A stretch of DNA of 64,000 nucleotides from Candidatus Bathyarchaeia archaeon (GCA_049513715.1 JBEKVV010000004.1:32001-96000), one strand, 5' to 3'; counted from the first letter of the stretch, positions 40,619 to 51,265 are shown. Numbers and translations: made by a program. Notes: a model not told the origin generated them from the letters alone.

Positions 40619-40735
40619 AGCAAGGTAAATTGGTCCAGGCAGCCTGTTTGTATTTGTCCGCTAGTTTCTTGTATCACTGCCTTGGTTCAAGTGCGGCAAA
40701 ACGACAGCTTTCTGGGAGATGAACACGGAGCCTTC

Positions 40736-41581
40736 TTACGGGGGTTTGATTCCCATGAGATGATAGAGTATGTTTAGAGTGTAGATGATTCCGGGTTTCG
40801 GCGTGATGATTTGGATATAGTATCCGAGAATCATGGCTGCGATGCAGACTACTGTGGCGTAGTAGTCTAGGGGTTTGAATTTTAGCTCGTGCATGTAAGT
40901 TCGATTGGCTATATTTCCGAAGCCCTTTGATTCGATCGCCGCCGCAATCTGATAACCCCGGCGTATTGAGGTCATGATGATTGGAAAGAGTGTTGGGAGC
41001 ATTGCTCGAACTCGTCGCAGTGGATTTCGATACTCGAACACCCACCCGCGAGCTTTTTGGGCATCCATAATGTTGCCTACTTGTGTCACGAGGACTGGCA
41101 CGTAAGAGAAACCGATGCTTAGCGCAACGCCCAACTCCTTGGGCAACTTAAGCTTAACAAGAGCAAGGACATAGTCTGAAACAGTGGTTGTTAGAGTCAG
41201 AAGCCTGTACGCTGTCACCATCAGAATGAATCGTGCAACAACCCCTAAGGAGAACACGATTCCCTCCAGAGACACTGTATACCCATTAAGCATATACTGG
41301 GGTAGCAGGGAGAAGAACTTCGTTGGCCCAACATAAAACCACAGGTTCGTGAGGAAATAGAAAATCGAAATGGGGACGAGGCCTTTGTAAAGGGCTGACA
41401 TTTTGTTCCACGGAATCCGAGAAACTACGATTAAGAAGACAACGTTGGCGTACACTACAGTAAGTAGTATTGGATCGAACAGGAGTGCGCCGAGTACGAT
41501 GTTGGCTCCAAGCCACAGCAATTTTATTCTTGGGTCAAGCCTGTGCATCACTGAATTGCCTGGGTAGTATTCAAATGCCAT
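40736..41581 (-). CDS. ecfT: ECF transporter T component
   Basis: HRLDPRIK, AQKARG, AIESKGF. Confidence 0.92.
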   Translation of the reverse strand: MAFEYYPGNSVMHRLDPRIKLLWLGANIVLGALLFDPILLTVVYANVVFLIVVSRIPWNKMSALYKGLVPISIFYFLTNLWFYVGPTKFFSLLPQYMLNGYTVSLEGIVFSLGVVARFILMVTAYRLLTLTTTVSDYVLALVKLKLPKELGVALSIGFSYVPVLVTQVGNIMDAQKARGWVFEYRNPLRRVRAMLPTLFPIIMTSIRRGYQIAAAIESKGFGNIANRTYMHELKFKPLDYYATVVCIAAMILGYYIQIITPKPGIIYTLNILYHLMGIKPP

Positions 41582-43336
41582 CTATTGCTTTCCTCCAATC
41601 GTACTCTGAATGAATGAAGTCATTTCCTCCACTGTGAGAACGTCGTTGGGAAAGCCAAAGCTACCCAGCGCTTGAGCCAGCGAGGTAATCTGTGGCGGCC
41701 GTAGGTTTGTTTGCACAAGTTTCTGTGGGTTGGCAAAAATCTCTCGCGTGGACCCATCTGCGAAAATCTGACCATCTTTCATTACTAGTGTTCTGGAACA
41801 ATATTCCGCAACGATGTTCATATCATGTGAAATCGTTACAAGGGTTGTTCCCTTTTTCAAAAGATTCATTGCCAGATCCATGATCTCTTTGCCGCGGAGA
41901 AAATCTTGGCCAGTTGTAGGTTCATCAATGATGAGCAGTTCAGGATCCATGGCTAGGACGGATGCAATGTTGATTCTCTGTTTTTCGCCCTTGCTGAGGT
42001 CTAAGGGATTTTCGCTGATCAAGTTGTAACACTCAACATCTTTCAGGCTCTTCTCGACGCGGCGTTGAATTTCATCTTCTGGCAGTCTGAGGTTTCGTGG
42101 CCCAAATGCGACCTCGGTGCTCACCTTATTGCTGAATATTTGCTGGTCGGGGTCTTGGAATACGAATCCGACCTTCATGGCCATCTCGGGAACAGTGTGT
42201 TCGCGTGTGTCCATTCCGAAGACTCTGACGCTACCGCTCGTGGGTTTCAGCAGGCCGATGAACTGTTTCACCAGTGTGGTTTTCCCAGAGCCGTTCTGGC
42301 CGATTACTCCAATGTTTTCGCCGCGTTTGATCGTGAGGTCCACATTGCTAAGTGCGGGGGATTTCGTATATGGATACTGAAACGTAAGGCCTTTGACCTC
42401 GATGGTTACTTCGTCTTGGTGTGGCGGAAGTTTTTCAGCCTCTGTTGGGACGCGTTTGAGTTGTGGATTTTGAAGAGTATGTCCGTTGTTCCTCAGAAAG
42501 AATGTCAGTGCTGTAATTGCTTGATTCAGTGTTATTGGAATTTTGGGCCAGTTCAATTGGTCGCGAAGCTTGGCGAAGAGGAGGCTAACTTGGGGCGGCT
42601 TCAGTCCGATTGCTTCAATGGCCTCTGCCTGGTTAAGGACTTCCTGAGGGGTCCCTTGGTACTTTATGCTGCCCTCATCCATGACGATCATGCGATCAGC
42701 CTCGCCCACTAACTCCTCCAGCTTATGTTCCACGATCAGGATTGTCTTGTGTTCGATGCGTGCAAGCTCCGAGATTGTCTGGAGCACTTGAGCGCTTCCC
42801 ACCGGGTCGAGGTTGGAAGTTGGTTCATCGAGCACGTAAATCTCAGGGCGCATCGCAAGAATGCTGCCTAGTGCGACGGCTTGCTGTTGTCCTCCTGAGA
42901 GATTGTGTGGGCTCCTACCACTGACTTGTTGAAGTCGAAGTAAACGTATGACGTCGTCAACACGCTTTCGGATCTCAACGGGGGGAACACCATAATTCTC
43001 TGCGCCAAATGCGATGTCATCTTCTACTGTAGCACAGAGAAGTTGCGTTGATGGATCTTGGAATAACATCCCGGCCTTTCCCGACAAGACTGCAGGCCCG
43101 TTGAGTCTCGTGTCGAGCCCGCGCACACTCACCTTCCCTTCCAATGTGCCAGTGTAGAAATGCGGAATCAACCCATTTAGGCAACTGCAGAGTGTTGTCT
43201 TCCCCGCGCCAGCTGGTCCCGTAACGAGAAGGAGCTCACCCGGTTTTACTTGCAGAGTCACGTTCTTCAGAGCCGGCCGCTTCTCACCGCGGTAAGTGTA
43301 CGATACGTTTTCGACTGTTACGTCGTATTCGCTCAT
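41582..43336 (-). CDS. ECF transporter fused double ATPase (A-A')
   Basis: Two ABC domains (GPAGAGKTT/LSGGQQQ and GQNGSGKTT/LSKGEKQR), FQDP; ATG 43336 preferred. Confidence 0.92.
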   Translation of the reverse strand: MSEYDVTVENVSYTYRGEKRPALKNVTLQVKPGELLLVTGPAGAGKTTLCSCLNGLIPHFYTGTLEGKVSVRGLDTRLNGPAVLSGKAGMLFQDPSTQLLCATVEDDIAFGAENYGVPPVEIRKRVDDVIRLLRLQQVSGRSPHNLSGGQQQAVALGSILAMRPEIYVLDEPTSNLDPVGSAQVLQTISELARIEHKTILIVEHKLEELVGEADRMIVMDEGSIKYQGTPQEVLNQAEAIEAIGLKPPQVSLLFAKLRDQLNWPKIPITLNQAITALTFFLRNNGHTLQNPQLKRVPTEAEKLPPHQDEVTIEVKGLTFQYPYTKSPALSNVDLTIKRGENIGVIGQNGSGKTTLVKQFIGLLKPTSGSVRVFGMDTREHTVPEMAMKVGFVFQDPDQQIFSNKVSTEVAFGPRNLRLPEDEIQRRVEKSLKDVECYNLISENPLDLSKGEKQRINIASVLAMDPELLIIDEPTTGQDFLRGKEIMDLAMNLLKKGTTLVTISHDMNIVAEYCSRTLVMKDGQIFADGSTREIFANPQKLVQTNLRPPQITSLAQALGSFGFPNDVLTVEEMTSFIQSTIGGKQ

Positions 43337-43495
43337 TTTCTTGGAGTCACGCTGCTGCACGTCGGACTGTTTGTCTAAAAACGTGCCTATCGTTTGTCAG
43401 GTATAGTAATCCCGTTTTCGATGTATAGACACTCTATTCCATTTCTCACATTCATTATGATGGTGTTAAATACCATCACAGCGCAGTAGCGGTTA

Positions 43496-44062
43496 GTGAA
43501 AAAATTGAGTCAACAGAAAGCTCCGTTACTAACCTCACGTCAACTGGCGACTGCCGCTGTCTTTGGCGGGCTTGGCTTCGCCACCAGGGCAATGGGCTTG
43601 ACTGTCCCCTTGGTTCCACCGCTTGTCGTCGACTTAAGAGCAGTATTTTGGATTCTGGGAGTTGCTGGCTCCGGCCCCGTCGGTGCCATCATCGTTGGTC
43701 TCCTGATAGGATTGCCATCAGCGTTCCCAATTGCATCAATACCCGACGCAATAGTCTATGGCCTAGTATTCTGCATTCTCTACAAGCAAATCCATGCATT
43801 GAAAGGTGCAGTGAAGTATGTGATGCTGGCTATATGGGCAGCTGTGTCCGTGTACGTCGGCGATTTAGTTCTGGTATGGGTCTTCGTATACATCTACCAC
43901 ATCTACCCCGACATGAGCACTGGACTTGCAATTGACTACACAACATCCGCTGTAGTTTGGTCAATTCTAGGTGCGCTCGCGATAATACTGCTAGTCAAAT
44001 ATGCTCCAGACTACGCTGAACCAACGTGGTCTTGGATGAAGTCCAAGATTTCAAAGAAGTGA
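43496..44062 (+). CDS. ECF transporter S component (substrate unknown)
   Basis: LTSRQLATAAVFGGL (AxxxG), GPVGAIIVG, 5-6 TM; divergent from the ECF ATPase/T genes. Confidence 0.75.
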   Translation: MKKLSQQKAPLLTSRQLATAAVFGGLGFATRAMGLTVPLVPPLVVDLRAVFWILGVAGSGPVGAIIVGLLIGLPSAFPIASIPDAIVYGLVFCILYKQIHALKGAVKYVMLAIWAAVSVYVGDLVLVWVFVYIYHIYPDMSTGLAIDYTTSAVVWSILGALAIILLVKYAPDYAEPTWSWMKSKISKK

Positions 44063-44067
44063 TTGAA

Positions 44068-44430
44068 ATGGACCTAATATCAATCCTCTCGACAGTCGTC
44101 CAACAGGCAATGCCGTCAATTCAAGAACGAGTACTCCCTACAATGATCTTCGCTGCTATCATGGTCATCGCTCTCTTAGCCTATGGTGTGATGAAGAAGG
44201 TCAAAGGCGCCATATACGCAGGGATAGTCCTGCTCATTGGCGTACTCTTCGCCTACGTACGCTTCCTCACCCCGTACCTGCCAAGCACGTACAATGCCGG
44301 AATGGCTACAGTACTATTCAACGCTGGAGGCGTGGACGTCACTATAGGAACAGTTGGCGCGATAATCTTCCTGATAGTCGTCGTCGCCATTCTGGTCTGG
44401 TACAGAAAGAACGCGAAACGCTCTCGATAA
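44068..44430 (+). CDS. Small 3-TM membrane protein
   Basis: Three hydrophobic helices, basic C-terminus; begins 5 nt after the S-component stop. Confidence 0.7.
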   Translation: MDLISILSTVVQQAMPSIQERVLPTMIFAAIMVIALLAYGVMKKVKGAIYAGIVLLIGVLFAYVRFLTPYLPSTYNAGMATVLFNAGGVDVTIGTVGAIIFLIVVVAILVWYRKNAKRSR

Positions 44431-44638
44431 GAGAGCACCTCCTTTCTTTTTCTTCACTTGTGTTCTTAGTAACTTGCCGTTCCTCTCCAATCTGCGCTGG
44501 GTTGCGAGGCCCTCAAGAAGAATAAGAGACAATTTTCTTGAGGTTTGAGGTCAACGCGTTCTACGGCTAGTTTTTCCTCTGTAACATTACAATCTATCAG
44601 TAGTATAAGAACAAGAGACGAAACGCACTTCCTTGGGT

Positions 44639-45658
44639 CTACTGAACCGCTCCAACTGCTGATGGAATCGGAAGGTCGGCCATCGTAACGAGACCTGGGT
44701 TCGCTGCCGCAACTTTCGTAATCATATTAGCGACGACGGCTGCCGTGGCAAGGTCTCCGTGAACTCCTCCCCTGATTACCAAGTCAACAGGAGGAGATCC
44801 CTTGATTACCACTTGATCGAAGGCTTCAGGTGGCCTAAGTGATGCTTGGAACTCGAATTTTACAACCTCTCTGCCATTCAGGTCAATTGCACTGGCAACC
44901 TGAGATAAGCCCCTGACTTGCCCCGGTCTCACCGTGATACACTCGCTTGACACCTCATTGTCGGCGATTATTGGTTCAATCTTCTGTTGTATGTCTTTCA
45001 ATTGTCACCCAAGCTTCTCGGCCACCATAGCTGCTGACTCGGGTAGTCCAATGTGGCCGAACTTCCCGCTAGCCACGTTCTCGTTGAATTCGTCGGGCGA
45101 TAGGCCTGCGCCTATCTTCTTCTGGAAGGGCAGGCGCCTGTTACTGGCGTCTTGTATTCGTCGAGCTATGATTGAGTCGATATCTTGGCACACACCGCTT
45201 GAAGTGAGGACTAACGTGTCCATAAGAAACCCAGGGTTCACACCTGTGCCGAGCATTGTCGTCTTATATTTCTTCGCAAGCCTATCAAGAGCTCTCGATT
45301 CCTTGGGATATTTCTTGAATGGGTATGATAGCTCTTCGCAGGTCGACACGATGTCGAGTTTGGCTTTTGTTATTTGCTCTAACTGACTGATGACGGCCGG
45401 TATGAAGGAAGAAGTGGAGTGCACTACTAGGTCCGCCTTCGCTTCTCTGAAAACCTTCGTTGGATTGTCGGAGACCTTCAAGCCGAGGTTCCGCTGCAAA
45501 CCAGCAACTTCCCCTAAATCTCTTCCAACCTTCGCTTTGTCAATGTCGATGGCACCGACAATCTGGAAACCTTTCTTTCTGACTAAGAGTTTGACTATCG
45601 CGCTTCCGATTGGTCCAATGCCGAACTGGATTATCTTCAAGCCTGTGTCACCTTTCAC
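44639..45658 (-). pseudogene. NAD(P)H-dependent amine dehydrogenase / 2,4-diaminopentanoate dehydrogenase-like gene interrupted by an in-frame TGA
   Basis: GIGPIG, STCEELSYP, GTGVNPGF, FQKKIGAG, GHIGLPES; ...KLG*QLKDIQQKIEP... continues in frame through GGVHGDLAT; TGA at 45005-45007. Confidence 0.8.
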
Positions 45659-46980
45659 TTCGGAATTAGCATCATCAGCGTGACGAGGCTTAGTATCTTT
45701 ATCGTGTTGATGTAATCTTCGAGAATCACGTATTCATCAGGAACATGCCAGGCAGGCGCTCCGCAGGAATAGCAGATCATCGGAATCCCTGCGTCGTAGA
45801 TGGCCCAACGCATGTCCGTAGAAGCCGCTATACCCGTGGCCTTCGGCCTTAAGCCGATGACTTGCTCAGCCGCGAGCTGAGTGTAAACAACGATCGGCTC
45901 GGAGGGTGCAAGTTCACTTGGCCTTACATAGTTGATTACCTCGGCGTCGACTTTCAACTTCGGGTCTGCATTTCGCAATGCACCAAGCATCCTCTCGACA
46001 TCGGCAATGACGGACTGTACGGTCTGGCCAGGCATAGTTCTAATGTCACAAATGACTGAGCATTCATCCGGGATTACGTTCTCCTTTGTGCCCCCTTCGA
46101 TTCGATTCACGCTGATGTATGGACCACCTGGAACGTGAGGGTGTGCTTTCCAGCCAGTGAACTCCATCTGATCAAATGCTTCAGCCACTTTACCCATCTT
46201 GAGAATTGCGTTTGTGAGGAGCTTCTTCTTGCTTGTATGGCCGCCTTCACCTTTTGTGGTTACCTTCAGCCAAATTTGACCATTCGCTGCCAAATGAATT
46301 TCGTCGCGAAGAGCTTCAATGTAAATTGCGCAGTCGCCATGCAATAGATTCGCCTTGATCAATTCGTGAATTCCCTTATGACCTCCAGCTTCCTCGTCAG
46401 CCGCGGCAGCAACAGAAATGCTTCCCACTAGTGGAATGCCTAATTCGACTAGTGCTCGAGCGGCGACTATTGATGACGCTGTCCCAGTCTTGCAATCCAA
46501 TGTACCTCTGCCAAACATCTTTCCGTTCTCAATCACTGCCCCAAATGGAGGGTGTTTCCATTTGGAGAGGTCACCAGGCGGGACAGTGTCTGTGTGGGAG
46601 TAAAGCAGCATTCGCGGCTTTTCCTTTTGAAAGACTTTGTCGCCGACCACGCTTACGCGGTTAGGATAAGGCTCTATGGTCTTAACATCAAAGCCAATTG
46701 ATTGGAGTTCGCGGACAACTATACCTGCTACTTTCTTTTCTCCCTCGAGTTCGTTGTTTACGCTAGGTGTGCGAATGATTTCTTGGAGAAGAGAGATCGC
46801 GTAGGGCCGCAGGTTTTTAATTTTCTCAAACAACTCCTTGGCATGTCTATTCGCCATCTTCAACCTTGTTTGCGCGTCTTCCAGAATCCATTCGTGGTCA
46901 GGTGTTTTCCACGTTCGATATGGTTCACGGCCGTCCATTTCGACTTCGACGAGCCTCGCCTTGTCAACCGTGATAGTCAT
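45655..46980 (-). CDS. M20 (ArgE/DapE-like) metallo-amidohydrolase with N-terminal extension
   Basis: HTDTVP, GRGTLDCK, DEE, GH, WHVPDE. Confidence 0.88.
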   Translation of the reverse strand: MTITVDKARLVEVEMDGREPYRTWKTPDHEWILEDAQTRLKMANRHAKELFEKIKNLRPYAISLLQEIIRTPSVNNELEGEKKVAGIVVRELQSIGFDVKTIEPYPNRVSVVGDKVFQKEKPRMLLYSHTDTVPPGDLSKWKHPPFGAVIENGKMFGRGTLDCKTGTASSIVAARALVELGIPLVGSISVAAAADEEAGGHKGIHELIKANLLHGDCAIYIEALRDEIHLAANGQIWLKVTTKGEGGHTSKKKLLTNAILKMGKVAEAFDQMEFTGWKAHPHVPGGPYISVNRIEGGTKENVIPDECSVICDIRTMPGQTVQSVIADVERMLGALRNADPKLKVDAEVINYVRPSELAPSEPIVVYTQLAAEQVIGLRPKATGIAASTDMRWAIYDAGIPMICYSCGAPAWHVPDEYVILEDYINTIKILSLVTLMMLIPK

Positions 46981-47200
46981 GACAGTTCAACCTGCTGTCA
47001 CGTTTGCCAGTGTTTACAAGGTTTTGTTCTGTAACCAGGAGAGGTTAACGCGAAGCTTCGAGCTGGTCCCAGTCATGGCCGATCCTCTGCTGTCGAAAGG
47101 ATGATTGTAGCCAAGTATATACATGCTGCAGTAGGTAGCCTATAGAATTAGGACTATCAATTAATACACATCGTGGGAACTCACACAACATACTAGGTGT

Positions 47201-48355
47201 ATGCTAATGTGGAATAAAGCTAGAGAACCAATTCGACTTCTTATGACACCGGGCCCTGTCGAAATATCTCCTCGAGTTCTGTCAGCCTTAGCAAGACCTG
47301 AAGTCTACCACTACTACAAAGGGTTCATAGACTTATTCGCCGAAACGACTGAGAAGATGAAGAGGATCTACCAAACAAAGAACGAAGTCCTCATTATGCA
47401 AGGCGAGGGCGTACTCGGCTTAGAGGCAGCCGTACTCAACACTATCAACCCAGGAGACAAAGTATTGGTGTTGGATAACGGACCATTTGGTAAATGGTTT
47501 GGGATCTACGTTGAGAACGCGGGCGGCAAACCCGTCTATCTGACCTCCCCCAACAACGAGGCATTTTACCCGGAGAAACTCAAAGAGAAACTTGATGTTG
47601 AGAAAGACATCAAAGCAATGACGGTTGTGCACTGTGAAACCCCGGCCGGAATTCGCAACCCAATCAAGGAACTCTGCTCCATCGCCAAGAAGAAGGGAAT
47701 CCTAACAATCGTCGACGCAGTCGCATCACTCGCAGGAGACGACGTCAAACCAGATCAGTGGGGAATTGACCTCTGTTGCGGCGCCTCGCAGAAAGCACTC
47801 TCAGCACCGCCCGGGCTAACGTTGTTGTCTGTCAGCAAAGATGCATGGGAGGCAATTGACAACAAGAAGAACCCAATCAAGAACTCTTACGTGAGCATAC
47901 CTGACTATCGGGACACTTGGGTCAAAGAGAAGCGCTTTCCGTTCACGCCAATGGTCTCAGATATCTACGCACTAAACGAGGCCGCTGATGAACTTCTCGA
48001 AGAAGGATTGGAGAGCTCCTTCAAACGACATCAAATCGTTGCAGACGCGTGCCGAGAGGGAGCGGAGAAGATAGGCTTCAAACTTTGGGCTAAGCGACGA
48101 GAAGACGCCTCCAATACAGTAACTGCCCTGCAAATACCGCCATTAGCCACTGACTCTGAGATTGTCAACCACATGGTTCAGAAGTACGGCATATTGATTG
48201 GCGGAGGCTACAAGGAAACTAAAGGCGAGCTGCTAAGAATCGGCCATATGGGCTACCACGCAACCCTAACGAACATCATGACGACGCTCGCCGCACTCGA
48301 AGGAACTCTGGCGGACCTCAAGAAGAAGAAACCCATAGCGGTTCCGGCCAAGTAA
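47201..48355 (+). CDS. Class V aminotransferase, pyridoxamine-pyruvate aminotransferase-like
   Basis: MTPGP, MQGEG, HCETP, DAVAS, SQKALSAPPG, FPFTP, RIGHMG. Confidence 0.85.
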   Translation: MLMWNKAREPIRLLMTPGPVEISPRVLSALARPEVYHYYKGFIDLFAETTEKMKRIYQTKNEVLIMQGEGVLGLEAAVLNTINPGDKVLVLDNGPFGKWFGIYVENAGGKPVYLTSPNNEAFYPEKLKEKLDVEKDIKAMTVVHCETPAGIRNPIKELCSIAKKKGILTIVDAVASLAGDDVKPDQWGIDLCCGASQKALSAPPGLTLLSVSKDAWEAIDNKKNPIKNSYVSIPDYRDTWVKEKRFPFTPMVSDIYALNEAADELLEEGLESSFKRHQIVADACREGAEKIGFKLWAKRREDASNTVTALQIPPLATDSEIVNHMVQKYGILIGGGYKETKGELLRIGHMGYHATLTNIMTTLAALEGTLADLKKKKPIAVPAK

Positions 48356-48425
48356 GGCCGCGAACCCGCCCTCTTTCTTGCTTGCCGGTATTTCCAGCGG
48401 AGCTAACAGCATAGAAGCCAACATG

Positions 48426-49397
48426 TCAGAGTGGTCTAGCAGGCTTCACGGTAAGGTAGACCCCTGCGAGAATTAAGGCACCGCCAACGCCAGAATATAG
48501 ACTTGGGATCTCCTGCAAGATCCACCACCCTAGGATTATTGCTATGATTGGTGTGATGAACGCCATCATGGAAACGTTTGTTGCCGTGGTCTTTGTTAGG
48601 AGCCAGTACTGGCCGACGAATGCCGCTGCGGACCCGAAGATTGCCAGGTAGATGATTGCTACAGTTGCCGTTAGCGTAAAAGACTTCGGTGAATTTGCCT
48701 CCGTTACGAGACCGATAGATGACAAAACCACTGCGGCAATCAATGACTGAACAAAAACATTAGTCGCAGGCTGTATCCGCGTAGCGAAACGTTTGACGAC
48801 AACACTTGACAACCCACTCAACGCGGCGCTCCCGACGAGTGCTAGCCCACCAAGAAGAGAGCTCTGCACAGCGAGGTTTCGTGACGCCGCAATGTCTGGC
48901 CAAAAAACAACAATTAGTCCCAGAAATGAAGATATGACTCCCAGAATCTTGAACGGAGTCATCTTCTCGTTTCGTACGATGAAGTTTGCGAAAATAACGA
49001 CGAAAAACGGGTTCGTTGCAAAGAGTATGGACGCGAGCCCAGATGGGATGTACTGCTCTCCCCAGAAAATGAGACCGAACGGTACGCTCATTTGGAATAT
49101 TCCTAAGAACAGCATGATTCCCCATGAGAGGCGGTCCTTGGGAAAACGTGCGTGCAGAAGTTTCACAATGACCAACAGCGCCATGGTGGCAATGATGTAG
49201 CGAATTCCCACGAATGTGAAGGGGGGAACTGCTTCGAGGCCAGCTTTTATGGCAAGCCAAGTGGATCCCCAGATAAGGCAACATGCAGTGAAGACAGTCC
49301 AACGTAATTGTGATGAGTGCAAGTTTTCTAACTCATGGCCTAATGCTAAACACGAATTCCCGAAGGATTTGGGGAGATGACCTTGCTCGAACTTCAT
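48426..49397 (-). CDS. EamA/DMT family exporter
   Basis: IWGSTWLAIK, WGEQYIPSGLA; about 10 TM; true start may be downstream. Confidence 0.88.
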   Translation of the reverse strand: MKFEQGHLPKSFGNSCLALGHELENLHSSQLRWTVFTACCLIWGSTWLAIKAGLEAVPPFTFVGIRYIIATMALLVIVKLLHARFPKDRLSWGIMLFLGIFQMSVPFGLIFWGEQYIPSGLASILFATNPFFVVIFANFIVRNEKMTPFKILGVISSFLGLIVVFWPDIAASRNLAVQSSLLGGLALVGSAALSGLSSVVVKRFATRIQPATNVFVQSLIAAVVLSSIGLVTEANSPKSFTLTATVAIIYLAIFGSAAAFVGQYWLLTKTTATNVSMMAFITPIIAIILGWWILQEIPSLYSGVGGALILAGVYLTVKPARPL

Positions 49398-49426
49398 AAT
49401 GAGAGCGAGGAGTATCTCTCACAATT

Positions 49427-51265
49427 CTATGAAATGGCGAGTTCTTTGAGTTTCTGTTTTGTTGGGATTCCCTGCTTGTCCCATCCTCGGAGCTTGTAGT
49501 AGCTGTCGAGCATTCTGTTGACGTCGAATGTTTGGCCTTTTGATTGGCCGGTGGGTAGCGGTTCTAGGAATCGGTCCGGAATGTTGTCGTCCTTTCTTGT
49601 GTAGCCTTCTCTGAGGTTGAAGAGTCGTTCGAGGTTGTTGATTCTCTCTCCGACCTTGACCAATTCAGCATACGTATGTTTCAACCCTACCGCTTCATGC
49701 ATTAGACGTTCGATTACCTCCGGGCTAAAGCCAAAGTCAAGGCAAAAGTCGCAGAACACAGCGGTATCTATGGGTGAGGCTGTGAAGTCTTGAAAGTCCA
49801 TGACCCATCTCGCCTTGTTCTCGTCCTCCGCGAATCTGTCAACCTTCTGTGGCATTCCGAACAGTTCAACTGCTATTGTCCAGCCATCGTTGTGATCTGC
49901 ACCTCGAGATGAGGTTGCATAGCTGAGTCCCATGCCCTTGGCTCCTCTAGGATCATACCCAGGCATTTCAAGGCCTTTCACGTGCATCGCATATCTATAG
50001 GCGTCTCCACCAAGTTTGTCAGCGGCCATTCTCACGCCGTCGGCCAGTACGTTGCCTAACCCTTCTCTGTGGGTGATCTTTTTCATCAGCCAGATGAGAC
50101 CTTTTTCGCTACCGAACTTCATGTTCACGCCGCCTGTGTCTTTTTCTTTGATGATGCCTCTTTCGAAGCACTCCATTGCGAACGATGCCACAACGCCTGC
50201 GGAGATTGTGTCCATCCCATATTGATCACAGAGGAGGTTGGCGTGCGCGATTGTTTCGAATGATGAAATTCCGCAGTTCGAGCCCAAAGCGAATATGTTC
50301 TCGTGCTCCGGTCTGTCGGTTTTGATCCCTGCGTGTTCTCCTTCCGTTACGTTGATCCATTTTGAGCAGAGAACGCGGCATCCCCAGCAATGGACGAATC
50401 CCTTGTCGGGCCAGTGTTTCTTGATGTAATCTGCGCCTATGCTTTCTGCGCCCTCGAAGTACCCGGTCTGATAATTCCTGGTCGGCATCAGTCCTAATTC
50501 GTTTACGAAAGCAACGGACCCTGTCGTTCCGTCGGCATTGAACGCTTTCACAACCTCATTGCTGTCAACAATCTTCCCGATCCATGCTAGCGTTTCTCGC
50601 CACTTGTTCCGATCGACAAACGTCTCAGCCCTTCCTGTGCCGCAGACAGCGAATGCTTTCAGGTTTTTTGAGCCCATTACGGCGCCGGGGCCGCATCTCG
50701 CGGCTGCCGCGTGTTTGTCGCTCATTATGGACGCGAATCTGACCATGTTCTCCCCAGCAGGGCCAATCGAGGCGACCTTCAATGTCGGTTTCGAACCCAA
50801 CTCCCTGGTTACCGCATCTTCCGTTTCATTTGTCGTCTTTCCCCAAAGATGGGACGCGTCCTTCAACTCCATCTTGCCGTCATGGAGGTACGCGTAGGCT
50901 TTCTTTTCCGACTTTCCTTCGAATATGACTCCATCGTACCCGGCGAATTTCATGTTAGGGCCAAAATGGCCACCGCAGTAACTGACTGAGATTGTTTTGG
51001 TCAGAGGTGATTTCATGCCGACCGTATACTTTCCCGTAAGGGGTATGTTCGTGCCTGCCAAGGGGCCGGTCATGAAAATCAGTTTGTTCTTCGGACCCAG
51101 TGGGTCTGTTCCCGGCTCAAGCTCGTCGTAGAGGATTTTCGCGATAAAGCCTCTTCCGCCGATCCATTTCTCTGCGAAATCGTCATCGATTTTCATTTTC
51201 CAAGTCTTCCCAGTGCTGAGGTCGACGCGCAGAATCTTGCCCACGTAACCTTTGTAATTGGTCAA
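49427..51265 (-). CDS. aor: Tungsten aldehyde:ferredoxin oxidoreductase family, copy 1 (612 aa)
   Basis: KILRVDL, GAVMGSKNLKA, CWGCRVLC, GMDTIS, VKGLE, ERLFNLREG; TTG 51265 preferred. Confidence 0.92.
   Translation of the reverse strand: MTNYKGYVGKILRVDLSTGKTWKMKIDDDFAEKWIGGRGFIAKILYDELEPGTDPLGPKNKLIFMTGPLAGTNIPLTGKYTVGMKSPLTKTISVSYCGGHFGPNMKFAGYDGVIFEGKSEKKAYAYLHDGKMELKDASHLWGKTTNETEDAVTRELGSKPTLKVASIGPAGENMVRFASIMSDKHAAAARCGPGAVMGSKNLKAFAVCGTGRAETFVDRNKWRETLAWIGKIVDSNEVVKAFNADGTTGSVAFVNELGLMPTRNYQTGYFEGAESIGADYIKKHWPDKGFVHCWGCRVLCSKWINVTEGEHAGIKTDRPEHENIFALGSNCGISSFETIAHANLLCDQYGMDTISAGVVASFAMECFERGIIKEKDTGGVNMKFGSEKGLIWLMKKITHREGLGNVLADGVRMAADKLGGDAYRYAMHVKGLEMPGYDPRGAKGMGLSYATSSRGADHNDGWTIAVELFGMPQKVDRFAEDENKARWVMDFQDFTASPIDTAVFCDFCLDFGFSPEVIERLMHEAVGLKHTYAELVKVGERINNLERLFNLREGYTRKDDNIPDRFLEPLPTGQSKGQTFDVNRMLDSYYKLRGWDKQGIPTKQKLKELAIS

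Noticed and set aside
44511..44543. Inverted repeat CCTCAAGAA...TTCTTGAGG as a mobile-element end
   Set aside because: Short, with no transposase or target duplication; it lies between convergent genes and is at most a terminator-like hairpin.
45005..45007. Selenocysteine or genome-wide TGA recoding
   Set aside because: The position corresponds to Trp rather than Cys in recalled homologs, no SECIS was recognised, and TGA is a normal stop elsewhere (for example enolase).
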